This document shows, piece by piece, positions 1-15,300 of a stretch of DNA of 64,000 nucleotides. This stretch comes from Balanoglossus misakiensis (taxonomy: Eukaryota > Animalia > Hemichordata). The notes beneath the pieces were generated by a model. The model saw nothing but the letters and a program-made list of their open reading frames with translations. It made no database searches and had not been told where the DNA came from. The translations under genes were made by a program, and so were the position numbers. Position 1 is the first letter of the stretch. Each line of letters starts with the position of its first letter. Location of the stretch: positions 3,826,349 through 3,890,348 of the forward strand of contig CM082586.2 in the NCBI GenBank assembly GCA_040954595.2, given 5' to 3'.

Positions 1-324
1 ATGAACAAAAGCTCCATGCAGACTGAAAGGGATATATATGTATAATGCGAAATGAAAATGTAGTATATGGTGGAGATATACCCACTAATGCTTTGAGGTG
101 CCATTGCTTATGCTTTGTCCGTCTGAAGCTCTCAACCCCAAACCCCGAGATGAGGGACTTCGACAGACATAGCATAGACAATGTAAGCCTCTCTGTCACT
201 GGTGGGTACGTAGAGCGACTGCAGAGCCAAAACGCCGTAAAACAGATAGCCGAGCACTCAAATCTACCTACCAACATCCAATCACCATGGAAACCGCCAC
301 CACAGCATTCTATATTCAACTCAC

Positions 325-3300
325 TTGCTCGTCGGGCTCGGACTTGTTGTCCGACTCGGAGGCCTTGATGTCGTCGTCCCGCAACTCGGGCTCGTCGGCC
401 GCCGGCTTGATGTCCTCCTCCTCGTCGACTTCCTCGGCTGTGACCTGATCGATCGGCAAATCGACCGCTGTATCCTTGTCCTCCCTCACCTCCGTTGCGT
501 CTTGCGTCTCCTCGCGTTTTTCCTTAGCTTTGTAGACGCTGTTGGGATCTGATCACGAGAAAGGATTCCTGTCAGCTCTTGTGCTGTGTGCTTTTTTTGC
601 GCATCACCAAACGAAAATGTGTGAACAGTATAGATCTCAACATTCCGTGGTAACTCCATCTCTGTATGCCCAACACTTTACAATGCAAAGACAAACAAAA
701 CTGGCATACACGTACCTTCATCATATTTGAGGTGTTCCTCTTCCTTCTCGCGGCTGCGTTTGACGATGGTGGGCTTGGAGTGGAAGACGGACTCGGCCTC
801 CGTCTTCTCCTCTGATTTCTTCTGGGTCTTCTTGACCCTCTTGTGGTGGTTGTTATTGTTGTAAGTTGTTGGTTTGGGTTTGGGTGCCTCTTCAGGGTCC
901 TTGCCCCTTCGGATCGGCTATAGGTGAAAATTGCACACTCATTTATAGTACCTCTTTAGTACCTCTTTCTTAGGCTTGTTTACAACTACAACTCTATTGA
1001 GATGTGTCGTTTCAAGATCATTTCCCTATAAATGAGACTTTATCAGAAGTGATTGTAGACACCTCTTTGAAGATTGAAAGATTGACCTTGCAGCCATCTC
1101 AAAGGCAGCTAGCTTGCATTCTTCTTGAATCAATTGCCTGCATACATGAACCCTCTAACAAACCAGCGTTTATTCACAAACACAAAACGTACACATGTAG
1201 TTTGTAATGTATGATAAGTACAAGTGGTTAGATTTAGCTTTGAACTTCACAAATAATTTACACTATAAACTTTATTTTTGGTTCCATGCTATCACTGAGG
1301 AGTTTACCATGTGACATGGAACTTGTGATTTTCAACACTCCCTGTATATTACACTCTTGTTATAAAAGATGTCTTTCTTTCTTCTGTCGTGGTGCACAAT
1401 TTAAATGTCATTTCATTTCAGTGCACAATTACGAGAAAAGGTCAAATGAGCATGTTCAGAGCAAACGCTTCACTGCAACTGTAAAGCTCATTTGGGTTCC
1501 ACACAAGCGCGATGACAGTAGCATTCCTTTGAGTCCATACCGAAGGATTCAAATTGCTAGGCAACAGTTGCTATGGGGACTCTTCACAAAATCCATGTGA
1601 AAATGCAAAGTTTTGAAGTGACATATTTTTTTTGAGACATGGAGAATCTTTGTAGAAGGGTATTGTATATATTTCTCAGGGTATAGTATCTTTAATTAAC
1701 TGTTTTACCTTCTGTCCAATTGGCTGTGTTTGTAATGCTCTTGCTGGTGGAGGCCTTGGTCTGTTCAGTGGTGGCAAAGTCCTACAAAAATGGAAAAAAA
1801 TTTTCATGTTGCATAAAAAAACACCCACTCATGTACGTGCTAATGAGTTACACCCATACCGCTTAAGATGCCAATGACTGAATGAAAGATATTATCTGGT
1901 TCAAGATGTAATTCTATCACTCCTTGAAATCAACAATATTTAAGAAAGTAGGGGTTTGTCACCACAAGTGCCCTCGTGCTCGACGACCACATCTGCCAAC
2001 GGTGGTGAGTTTCTGCCTACCTGACGCTCCTGGGCGAATTGACCGGTGATATGTCTTGACCGTACGGCACTCTCTTGAACTTTCGGTCCATCCCGACAGC
2101 CACGTAAAACTCTCCATTCGTGATGTCTTTGAGATCAACAATTGGACGGCCCTCTATGCTATACAGCCTGAATTACAAACAGAGTGTGAGTAAAGTTTTA
2201 GAGGCATAGTAGTTCACCGAGAAACGAGAATCTGTTACGTCACCATCTCTTTGCTACAAAACCCACTTCTGCTCCCATGGCAACTAATGATACACCATAC
2301 ACCTTGAAGTGGTATTTGATGAATCTCAATCAGGCAACGTGGGAATCACAACCACATCTGGTAAATCCCCCGCCCACTCCGGCCAGACGTGCTACATTAG
2401 CAGATAACACCTATTCTACATAAAGCCACTTACAATTGGGATCAAGCATTGACAAAGGTTGGCAATTGTCAAGAGGTTTTATCTTATGTCAAGCCATTCT
2501 ACTAATCTATGGAGATTAATACCTAATAATTACCAGGACATTCACACACATACACACATCACAGCTCTGATGGAAGGACATTTGTCTCTTATAAACAGCG
2601 GGCTCAGATCACGTCTGAAACACCATTAACTTTTGTTTGCGGGACGGGACACTTTCACTAAACAATCTCTCAGAAAAGCCACATTGTAAACGTAACGGAA
2701 AGATTTGTAATGCTAAAGGTCTCCTACCTCCTGACTGCCCCTGTCCGAAGATTGACTCTGTCTGTCACGTAGTCTAACACCATATCCCAGCTCTGCAGTG
2801 CCTTTCTTGGAAGAAGTAATTTCACAGCCGGATTTTTGTCGTCACCATTCCGATAAACGCTGGTGGCAGAAATCACAGAGTGCTTGAGCCAATCCACATA
2901 AGAAACATTCATCCTTCAAGGAATGTAACCAATTTTGAATGAAATATCCAATTTTTTAGAAAAGAAACCGTTATACTTACTGTATTGATGTTGGCTGTGT
3001 TACCCATTCTCTCCACCGAGCACTTACTTTGTCTTTGTAAATGCTGTGTTGTACTGGCTTGATCTGAAATACAATTGTAAAAAAGTTGTAAAATTAGCCA
3101 ATCCATCTGCTAGCATTCAGACTTGCATCCCATTTTCCATGCATATAGAGCACAGAACATGCAACAACAGTGATTTGAAGAAAAAGCCCCCGAAACTTAC
3201 TTTTCCCAGTGCTTCATATCTGTTCAGGGAGTATGGATATCTATTCATGGTGACAATATTTCTGAAACTACCTTCATGAGCAAACCACCGAGAAAATGAT

Positions 3301-6300
3301 GACTTTCTGGGCTACTTCGTGACTTAGTACCCAGCCAAACCTTAGTAACGACATCTAGTAAGTTCTGATTGGCTGAGGAAGTTTTGGTAGGAACACATGG
3401 GTTTGAAAGCCATATGCCAGTTGGTTGTCAAATCCTGGACATATGAAAGCTGTGAGCCGATTGGCTGATAAACCCAAACTTGAGTGACTGGTAACTATTA
3501 AACGCAAGGGCTGGCTGGCTGATAAAAACATGTGTTTGTATTGGAAACTAGACTGCCAGGTTTCTAACAAACACGTTCTTCATCAAATACGAGAATGAGT
3601 GTCTCAGATAATGATTGAGGACCTGTGAGGATGCCACACTTCATAAAATCACAGAAACAGTTTGAAACGTCCTTGAGATTCCCAGATGGAACTGGATATT
3701 GTTGAAAGTTGAACACACAGGCCAAGAGAGAGACAATGTAAAGGTGATCAGCTCAGACTCTACACTGAACGCAGGATCGACAAATTTGGCGTCCTACATT
3801 GTCTGGAAATAACACAATACGGTATTCATTTGTTTCTCTATGCTGAAGGTGGGTAGTACAAGTCTGACACAGGCTTTGTTTGAGACTTCTTATCGAGTTT
3901 CATTTTCCACTACAGTAGTAGTACAGTATTCCAGCAATCAACATAAAAACTGCCTCCCAGCATAATATACAGTCCATTAGTGAAAGGTGTTCACTGTATA
4001 TTTTTGTTTCATACTGCGATTGAAATGGGTGTTTTGCTAATAGATCTTCAATAAGGCGCGTCACTTTCCTCACCCCCCCCCCCCCCCCAGCACTAAGGCA
4101 AGTATCCCTTAATGTCTACCTATTATTGTACGGCCAATTTTGAAGCACTTTTCCAAATTAAAGAAGGCTTCTAACATTACACACTAATTATCATCAATTT
4201 TCAACAACAAAACTGTTTCTCAAGAGACTGCATGGAACTTGAGTCAGTTAATCTTCTTTACTAATCTCCTGACGATTACATAACAAATGTTCATTAACCA
4301 TAGTCTAATAATAGTAATATGTCTGTAGATGATTCTTTCCACATATGGCAAGAATAAATGCGTACAAATAGGAGGCCATACATGTACATGGTCGCATTGA
4401 TAATTTTCTAATATTCATATACCATTTTATGGTAAATTTTGAAGGACAGCAAGACCTCAGTCTGTCATCAACTCAAAGGAAAAGTTGATAAAACAATGTG
4501 AACAAGACTTCCCAGCTCTCTTTAGTCTATGACAGTATCTGTGTATATATCCACTGATGAAAGAGGCTTTCTCAAACAGACAATGTATTTCATTTCTTTA
4601 TCTCCCCGCATTTTAACGTTGCCCGGAGACAAATTTCAGGTCATTTTCTTTCAGACTTTATCTCTCTGATTCTGAGTTAATCAGTAAGAAATGAAATGAG
4701 ATGGATGATACTTCTTTGTGAACCCACCGCACCTGTTTATTTCCCCGAAGCTCTAAAGGCTTCGATAAACAGAGGCAGGAGGAATGTTGATTGTGTCGGT
4801 GGTAATGGAACAAAAATGCTTGTTTGACTTCTGCATAGCTCCTACATGTAGTTTGCTTCACTGATCTGTTTCTATGCTAGTAGGCTGCATGCCCAAAGCA
4901 GAGGACATCAGCTAGTACCAGATTGTGTGGCAAAACTCCCAGGATGGTTTGAAGGGAGGAGGAGGAAGCAAGCTGACAGAGATCACTTTTGGAAAAACAC
5001 TTTTCTCAAATGAGTCTTCTTTTTTATAAAAAAAAAATCCAATATACATGCAAGTCTTTCCGTAGCTCTCCAGGTGAAAGAAAATTAGAAGTCTCAGAAG
5101 CAAGGAAGGAAATTGGACTCGATCACCTTGATCCTTCACTAGCGACTGATCTGCTGGGGAAGACGTGAATGCAATTACTGTGAGTGATCATGTGTGTGGG
5201 CAAGGACATTTTTGGGTACAAAGACTTTATACACACACGAAAGCAGACCCACTGTGTCCAACAAGCCTTGAACGCTTCAATTAGAATAGAAACACATCCA
5301 GAATAACACAGCTCTCCTTCAAAAATTGTCATCAAAGTGTCGGTACTTCCTTGATCAACAAATCCACATCACATTACTGATGGCGTGATGCTGTGTCGAC
5401 TCTCCACTTGTAATCTGTGTGCGATATTTTGTCCAGACAAGGCCTATTAAGAAATTGAAAATCAATACATACATGTACCATCATCTGATAATCAGAAAAA
5501 TTTCCTGTTTTCATATTGAAAAGCAAGAAAAAAATGCATATGTCCTTCATTCATTTAATTCATTAAAGATTCATAAAAATGAAATTCATCTTATCTGCCA
5601 GTGAAACTGTATGCTGAAGAATATGTATCAAATTTCTCTTCCTGGTCCCTTGCCTTGTCTGTATTCATCAATATTGAATCCTGCTCATTTTGTAACATAA
5701 ATGCACAGTCCTATGTGATGCCTGGTAGCTATAACAACATGAGTCATTCTTGTTGTCGTGGTAACAACCAAAAGATGCAACATTGAACAACAGAAAAATT
5801 AAGCTGGGCTTGAATTTCTCTGGACTAGTTGAGTTTGCAAAATCAGACGGAAATCGCACGTTTAGGAGTAATGTTTTTCCCTTGCCAACATAAAACCATA
5901 GTCTCTTTCCTGAAAGACGAACGCTATGAATTATTTAACCCTGGGGAAGTGAATGCAGACGCAGGTGGGAACAGCGATTCTCAAAATACACCCAGGCCTA
6001 TATCCGACCTGCTTTCCATCTGATATGTCTGAAATGTAATGAAATTCTGCAAAGTATCTATGAGATTAAAATGACCCAGCACTTCCTAATCGACCAGAAA
6101 CTCATTTGAATGTGTGTGTGCATGTTTTCTTTTTTGTCTTCAGTATACAATTGAACTAACCGGTACAGAGAAAGGACATTGTTTAGCGAGTGAAATACTG
6201 TTCCAAACCATGTCTGTTATCCCAAAGGCATAAACAAAAGTCTGGCCGGTGCGTTTGTGTATCGGATAAAACTACAGAACTGCAGGCGAGATTTTGTAGT

Positions 6301-9300
6301 GAGAATGAAACGGCGGTTCGCACTATAGAAGAGCATCTCAAAAGAACACATAGTGGTGCTGTATCTCTTTCTGGGCAAAATATAATTTTATCACTATATT
6401 TAACAATGTCAGAGACTGAAGCTGCGTGTATAAAACTTAAAAGTAAAAGTTAGATTTCAATTTGAGATGGCCACAGTGCACGGAACTGAGTATTAGAATA
6501 AGACATCATGGTGGCTGATTCAGCATAAACACCGACACACGCCTCAAGATTTATTTCCCCATGAACCTCCTTAGCAACATACAACAAAAGGTGCACCCCA
6601 TAGCAACCGTCAGGCTGCGGCACATACAAATGCCGTTCGACCAAGTGATTTTGAGTAACCCGTCTACACTGTTAGAGTTGGTTAATTTCTCCCATTTGTA
6701 ATTGTCTTTTTTTTCTTTGCCGGAGGAAAGGATTTAATATGTTTTAATAAAACAATAGAACAGTTCCATTCACCCTTGCCTTTTGTAGTACTCTACTTCA
6801 CACTGGCAGGTGCCTACGCATGTCACATAAATCATCTCCATTAACACGTCTCTCCATAGAAGAGACCCCACCAGATCTAAATTTAGGCCTCTTACAACAG
6901 GAACAGTTAGCTGAATTCCACTTTAAATGCATACTTGCATGTATGTTCATATTGTGTCATAACTCAATGCTGCTCAGTGCAAGTTGTACCATCTAATAAC
7001 TTAAATATTCATATCTAACCTTGGTTTGAGCATACAGTTAACTATATTTTCACTTTGACCATTACTTGATCATGAACAAGTGCATGGCATCATATGTTTA
7101 TTTCAATGGAAATATATGTGAATATTTAAGAGCATTTTTACATAAAATAATATGCAAATACCATAATGTATTCAAAACAGTACACGTGAAATTAAAAGTC
7201 TACTTTGAAAAGGGTATTTGTAGTTTGTTTCTATGCGTCACAGTTCTCGATATGCCATCAAACTAAGGTTAATTCCCAAATCTATGTTGAAAGGAGCAGA
7301 TTTATAAGGGGAAATACTCTTCATTCTCTGAACAAAGACACAACAGCTGCATGTCAACAAAGTGGGGTACACACTTATACTTTAAATTTCAAATTTCTTA
7401 GACGCTGACACATTGTAAATACGGTTTCGTTATAAAGTTTCAAATTTCTCATTCTCTTTAATCTTTCTGCACATATCTTCTGTGACACTGCAAATGGAAA
7501 AGCCAGGAAGTGTCTCACCTCAGCTTAATAAATCGCTTGGCATTTTTGAATGGAGGCAAAAGTACCATATTTGGGCACGAAGCAATGTAGACCTGCACTG
7601 AATCATGGCAAACACAGTAAACTCCAAATTTTGAACTTTCGTTATGACTACGATCAAACTTTGCTGTGAATTACTCATCATGTTTGCTGAAATTCCAAAG
7701 ATAATCACAGCCATTTGTCAAAAACTCTTCATCAACATAAATGCTTGAAACAAAAGGTATAGTAAGTAGTACATATACAATTTCTTCATTTATGAATAGT
7801 TGATGTTCGATGACGCCAGAGGGAAACCTCTATCAATGTAATTTTGTGTATCAGTGTAGACCAATCAACATTTCATTGTCCTATGCTGAATTACCGGCAT
7901 TCAATAAGGATATTGGAAAACCTGATGAATTAATGCAATATATGTAATTATTCAACTGTCTATCATGACAGGAAATTAGGATTTACAATGCAGCATTTTT
8001 CCATGATATCATTGAGCAGTTCTTGTTCTTCAAAATGGAAATTCTCATCACAGCATAGAGTCATATCTCACTGTCATAGAGTACACAGTCATGCAGTTTG
8101 AACTAAATCAGACTACATTGATTTATTGACCACATAAACTTGTGCAATATAAATCAGTAACATGGCCATGATTGAAACTCATTTTCCGAACTATAATTTC
8201 TAACATAAAAGGATTCTTATTGACAAGGAATAATTGTTTTGCGTGCATGGAGTTGCGAACAGTGCTAAGAGCATGTAGGTATGGCAGTTGGACTCGGGGT
8301 CAGAAACCAGGTTGCCATTAAGACCTGATTTAATGAACTCTACGTCTAGGCTGGAGTGCTCGCTGTGATTTATTTCACAGTGGAGGTACATGCATTCAAC
8401 AGGTGTCGTCGCTGAAAAGAGCGGGTTCAAAGGTCACCCACTGAACAAACACAGGGAAGGCCGATCAGCGTGCCTTTGCGTTCGCGCTCACAGGGGACTT
8501 TGTGTCGGTCCATTTCAGTACAAACTTGACGGTGTTTGTTCCCACTGAGCCGATTGTACGGGTCAGTGCCATTCATCTGAACCGTGAAAAACTGTTCAGT
8601 ATTCTGGAGGTAAACAATTTCCATTCAACACAAAATGTATCCAACACTGCACGATAAAATATACTGTGTGGTCAGCATCCATGACAACACCAAAATTCAT
8701 GTGGGCTGTTCTGATTCAAAAATCCTTACAAAGTTTTCTCATCAAAGTTTAGATCAACGTACAAACATTCTCCAAGCTTCCTCATTGGCCAACACAGTGG
8801 GTATGGCTTTAAAAAATTACCATGGCTTTAAACAACCACAGCTTACGTGACATATTTTGATGTCATGGATGCAAACTATTTTGATGTCATGGAAACTAAT
8901 CCATCTGAATTTTGGAAATGCTAAAATATTAACAGGTGTATCGTGTGTGTGGGATAATTAGAAAGAATTTAGTATTGGCGAGAAACTTTGAAGTTATTGG
9001 GGAAGTAAACACAGGTATCAGACAGTGTGATTTATGGACAGACAGGAACAAAATACACATATCAGTACGGATATGTTTAACTCCAAACCCACACAAGACC
9101 TTTCTTTACTTGAGGTATAAAGATCACTTTACATACACTTCTCATACCTACAATGTGACCACTAATCGACCATAGCGACCGCACTGAACTGAATAAATTT
9201 CATTGGGATCACTTATCTGCCGCAACACTGAACTAAAAAAAATTATGACACAAAAAAAGAGTATCTGTCCCTTTTCCATTGAGTAGTAAGTTACGTCCCG

Positions 9301-12300
9301 TGAGAAAATACACCAAGCTTGGCCGAGCTGCTTCAAAGTGGACCCATCAACACTTTATACTATTATAGATTGGTATGTCAGGGTTCGACACTGGCGCTGG
9401 CAAATAAATCCCACTTGGGGATCTTTTCACAAACTTGTTTGTTTTGTTGAGTAGCATCGAATTACTGACAGGTTCACTTGTCCCCGTCCCCTGTGTAGGC
9501 GATGCCGAAAGACCCCCGGTCGTCCAAAGTTTACGAAGGTAGCAGGATACAATGGCGTGGAAATATACAATTGTGTATACACTCCATTGGGTACATTTTT
9601 GTAATTTAATCCACACTGGTTTATTATTTTTCACGCATGTTTCAAATATAGTATGCTGGTTTGAAATTGTGTAATCTGTCTGCGCCATCGTACAGTCTCA
9701 CGTATTCAAAGGCGTATCTCTTTACGCCACGTTCTCTCTGGAAGTAAAACGAAAACTACAATTTGTCGATAAGTTCGCGGCCTCTGTGAACTGTGACCTC
9801 GGAATTCGCATAATTAGCCGATGGAGTCATCCATCCTGTGTAATTCACTTGTTACCATGGCGCAGATAATCCTCCATGTCTGTTTTGGTGGCAAAACCGA
9901 AAGATTAAAAGCCTTCAATTGTCAAGAACGTGAAAACAGCTGTATCATGGATTGCAGGTTTCTTCCACTATATTTATTCCCCTCCAAGCATGGCTTTTGA
10001 ATAAAAGTTGAAGTCAAGCAGACAGTACGATTGAACCAGAATTTCTAATACACAATCTGAGTAAAACCATATATCACTCAGAAAAAATCTACGACCAGCA
10101 ATTAACAAGAATATGCAAAACCCCTCCGCGAATATGCCTATAGTCCAAACACAATAGATATGCATACAATAGACAGGTGTATCCACGGGACCTATTTCCC
10201 AATCCCTTGAGGAGACATTTAAACTCGGATATCTCCAGAGTAGTCTAGTCAACCACCGATTGTGATTGTTGTGAGTTATAAAGAGAAAGTCATAAAAAGT
10301 ATTGGCCGGGTTAACTTCCCCAAACATTAATAGACTCCAGAGAGTCTGTATAAACGTCAACACAGTGGTTTTTATGGCAAAGTGTAGGACAACAGAAGTC
10401 AGGCCACAGCTATTCTGTGTTTTTTCAATAAATGTTTACGGGCTACTATTGATACGTGTAATGGAGGCAGCACAATGGATGACTAGTTTACATGCACGCA
10501 CGAACGTCACAATATTTTACTTCTTTGGACCCGGCCAACAAATGGCGTCAAACATTAGCAAATATACCAGAGTGGGTTGCACAATCTTTAAATTTGCTCT
10601 TTTCTTGCTGAAATGGCTTAATTGTTTTGGCATACAGAGTTACGGCTGGTGTACGTAAATTCGTATTGAGATCAAGAACACAAGGTTATACACCTTTGTC
10701 ACCATGAAGTCAGCGAAATGTGACTCTGGATAAGTCTACGAAACACTGGCTACAATTACCTTGGTTTAGCACTCACTTATGGACTGATGAAGTAAAAAAA
10801 ATTATCAGTGATATACTCTTTTCAGCATTGTTGCATTTCAAGACCAAAACCTATCGTATCAAGATTTTGATACCAAATCACAGGTTTCTGGGGATTATCG
10901 CTCGGACTCAAGAGAATATGCAAACTCTGTAATCCAGATGTTACATTTGCATGGGTGGTTGGTCTGTTGCTATCTATTATGTGATATCGAGCTTGATTAA
11001 ATTTGTAAGTCAATCTTCAGCTGCTTTTAATTTCCAATGGTTTCGGTAATTGAAAACGTTGTTTTGAAACCTTAGAAAAAGAAATTTTCAAATACTGATT
11101 ATATTGGAACTCTGAACTGGTTATTTTTGAATCACAGACCCCAGAAAAGATGCTAAATGACAGTCATTAACACCTGACTGCTGCATTAATAAAATATGAG
11201 TGATACCAACCAACCAGCATGGTAACTTCTCATGCAGGCATGGAAAGTAACACAGGGCAATGATATAACAGAGTGACAATGGTGCCTAAGTGATGGCCAT
11301 GCAATTCTGTTAAGTCACGCAGCACTGAGACGTAATTGTACCAGTACGGTGCTTTGAACATTTTGGGTTCAATGGGGGTCTTCCAAAGTGTGTAATAGTT
11401 CATCGATTATGCCGCAATCATTACAACATAACATTCCTATAAAACCAGCAGGTCAAACCACTCACTGACCCTGGGAATATCAATGTCTTGTACACCTGTT
11501 TTGTCAGTTATGGGAACTAATGCACATGGGAAAATAAATTAATCCTGGGATTCCATTAATATTTCATTTTGAATGATGCCAATACTTTGTCTGGGCATAA
11601 TTCATTACAATTAATTCAATACTATGAAAGTTCACTCAATAATTTCAATTGATATTTTTAGCAGTCGATGTATGAAACCATACAAAACAAGCACAGAATT
11701 CACTACTCAGAGTGTAATCTGACATGATTAATGTCACAGACATTGTAATCAAATTTATCTGATTGCTTTTTTTATTTTATTAGATACAGATAAGTAAAAC
11801 AAACTGAAAAATAGTAACTGAACTTCGTTAATCCAGTGCAGTTGTTTATTTTAACTTTTCAGTCAGTGGAGCCCAAACTGATTTATAAGACCATAAATGT
11901 CATTATTTTATTGATAAAAATGTGACATTTTGACCTTTCTTCTACATTGGGATTCATAATTTCAAATAACAGTGCTGTTCATTTTTGTCTGAATGTATGA
12001 GTTTTTGCCGTAAGTCATGAAAATTGTGAACAATCTGCCACAATGCTTCTTTCACTTTCATGACAAGTGTATGAAACTATAATTCAACCCTCTGACACTT
12101 AGCTCAGGCAATACTACAGATACCGTACACGTAGAGTGAATGAACTCTCAGACAAGGCAAGGATATCTGATCTGTCCTTTTCTTGGGGAAAGAAAATCTG
12201 AATTAATTATTACGTGTGTATCACCTTGGTTAGAATAGTTTTGAACTTCTCTATTGTCTGTTCACTTTGATTGTCTTGCACAGCATTGTTCAACGTTACT

Positions 12301-15300
12301 AATACGCTACAACAAAAAAGCTCTCAACAGTTTACCACTCTCCACAATACACGTGTACAAACTTTGGGGGGAAAAGTCAGCAGCGAAAAAATCAACAACT
12401 GTGTGATTTATTTCCACAGAAAACAACACCAAAAGAAGAGAAATGGACAGTTTGACAAGTGTTATGGATTACTTCCGTTGCTGGTAGAGAGGTACTTTCA
12501 GGAAAACTGAGCTGGTCTCCCCCGCCAGAGGTTTTGTTTACGAATGAGCCCAGGTTACTAAGCAACAACCACACACACACACACCGTAAGGTTTACACTC
12601 ACACTGCCATCATGAATTAGACACACTCCCTTGCAGGATTGTCATACCCTCAAATCTAATAATAAGTCAACAGCCCGCGACGACACATTTTACACTGAAA
12701 TTTTTTTTTATGCGGGTACTAAACAAAACAGAATGGATTATGCAATTTACAAGATTATTTAAGGGTACCCATTAATAATCCACAGGGGCCAAGACATTAA
12801 ACCTATTGTTGTTGTTTTCTTTGTTGGTATTGTTTCCAAGGCTAACACAGTCGTACAGCCTGGGTGTCACAATTTCACGCGGACTGTGTGAATTAAATTC
12901 AAAGAGTTGTCTACTGAGTTTTCACAGATTGTTCAGGTGAAGATACAACAGCTTTGGGGTGAATTTGATGGCTTCATCGCAGAAACTCTCCATTAGGGAA
13001 GCCTTCCACTGATCAGAAAGAGGTACAAATTGTATGCACAGTGAAAATATCAAAGAAACACTGACCAGTTTATGCTTCTGTCATTAAGAAAATTAAGAAA
13101 ATGACCCTCATTATATATTACTACCATGAGGGTCAGTCTTCCCCTTTGATTTGATAAACTTTTAATTGAGTGTTAACATAAAACATATTGCAAACAATTA
13201 CATGAGGCTTTTCAACAGGTTGCAAGTTTGGCGCAAGTTCAGAAGCACAGAAACAGTGATGTCACTGGATAATGGTTGGAAAGAATGATAAGTCTCATGG
13301 TCAGATGATTTCAACTGTTGTTTGATCGTGGGATCAAGATCAAGTCCAATTTAACAACCATCATTTTAATTAACTCACGGGAGGCAGGAATGTTCATTTT
13401 GACTTGCCATCTCTGCTTTGCCCGGCAAACATTTATCGGTAAACACTTCGTGAATGACTACGGGATTTAAGTTCCATTGGTGCTGCGAAGTCTATTAAGC
13501 CACTTATATTGAGTTCTGGCCAAAACAATTAAGTCTGGCTACATTCATTGCTGTGCTGTCAACAATGCAAGACCCTGACATTTAAAAGGTGTGATTTGTA
13601 GGTAAACACCAATATGTGTTATGGCAACCTGGTATACATGTAGCAATACTGGTTGTCATCACCAAAGTCATGATTCGATATCTGTCAAAATTTTATTCTC
13701 TGTACTCATTCTCTTCTGCTCTGTTTTAATGATGGCAGTAACGGGAGATAAGGATTATTTTTCAAATTATGCATGAGATCATTAGTCAAATTACCCTGCC
13801 TTCATTAAAACACTTCAGTCACCCACCTTTCTAATTCTCAAAACGTTGGCTGAGTTGAATTTCAACACCAAAGTAATTATTTACACTAATATAACCAAAT
13901 GGTATATAATAACACTGTATAATTTACTCAGTCTTTGATCTTTACTATATGTATTACCTGGAACCTAACCATACTAAATTACAGCCTCATTACCTCCTAA
14001 ATGCAATATTTATTGCAAGTTCAAATATTTGCACTTGGTGTGTTAAGACTACTGGATATGGGATACTTTTTCCCTGTGACCAGGGAACCGGCAAGGGCAT
14101 TTATAATGTCCGTGTATGCTTTAAAAATTAACATGCTAACAAAACACATGATGAGGATGACTGAACCACAGCTGTATCTGTGTATTAGTGCTTGACAGAA
14201 CAGAATGGTGGTTTTTTTTGTCCGAAGGCACAACCTGCGCAATACGATGACATCATCAGTATTAGGAAGTATCCATTCCATTCGCCATGGCAACATGTAT
14301 CATTTGCTCATTATCACCACCATGATTCCTTCTATTTTGTATGGACGACACCAGCTTATTACTTAAGTTTCATATTATCCATGATTTCTATCTCTAACAG
14401 TTAAAAAAAATCTTGCTAAATGATACTATCATGGCACAGTGAAAGATGTCAACATAATAAACATCTTTCAACAAGTTTGCATAAACATTGTCTGTATCAT
14501 TAAAACTACTTGAAACAAATTGTTGTACTATTGTCATAATAATAATCGCACAGTGTAAGAGTTGCCCCTGTTTTGATAATAATGTAACCCTTGTTCATAT
14601 ACATCTTTGAATGTGGGGGAAATCACAGTACTACTGCAGCTAGTTTGCACATTGCAGTAGACTCATTCGCGCCCTTTTACTAATGATCAAAGCGGGTGTA
14701 TCGTGCGGTCACCTCTGCCACGCGACTCTATTCGTTTTCTGAATGCAACAACTATTTTACGACAGGTGCAGGTGCGGCTTCTAACCCCATACAGGACCCT
14801 ATTAAGCAGGGGAACAAACGAATCTCCGTTCAGGCCGCTGACGACCTGAATACCTGAATGTTAGCTTAGTTTTCACGGTTTATACACTGTCCAAATACAC
14901 AGCTATGACAAGTGGACATTCAGAGTGCACGTACCTCTTCCAACGTTCGCGGTCTGTTCACGGGTCTCCTCGAAGCTTTATCAGAATATCTGCGGACAGA
15001 AGAGAAGTACAGAATATGAGGCATGTAGACAAAATAGCATCGGGGCCGATCGCATTAACAAACAGGCCGAAAATAGTTCAAATGTGTAGCTGATTACAGA
15101 ACATGTAGCTTGAATGTTGTGTTTTGTGTGGTTGACTTGCTCAATGCGGAAAAGCCATTACACATTTACGTCTTTACAGTAGACCAAGGGTCGCACTTTA
15201 AGTGGGCATTCGACGATCGAATAGGGTATATACAGTGGTCTCTAAAACTTCGCACGATCGCCGTAAAATAAGTCAGTGAAACATTTAGAGGAGTTATAGT

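Noticed and set aside
1959-2141. 60-aa minus ORF
   Set aside because: It is the wrong frame of DCDC2 exon 2167-2021.
4073-4088. Poly-C run
   Set aside because: Simple homopolymer with no supporting context.
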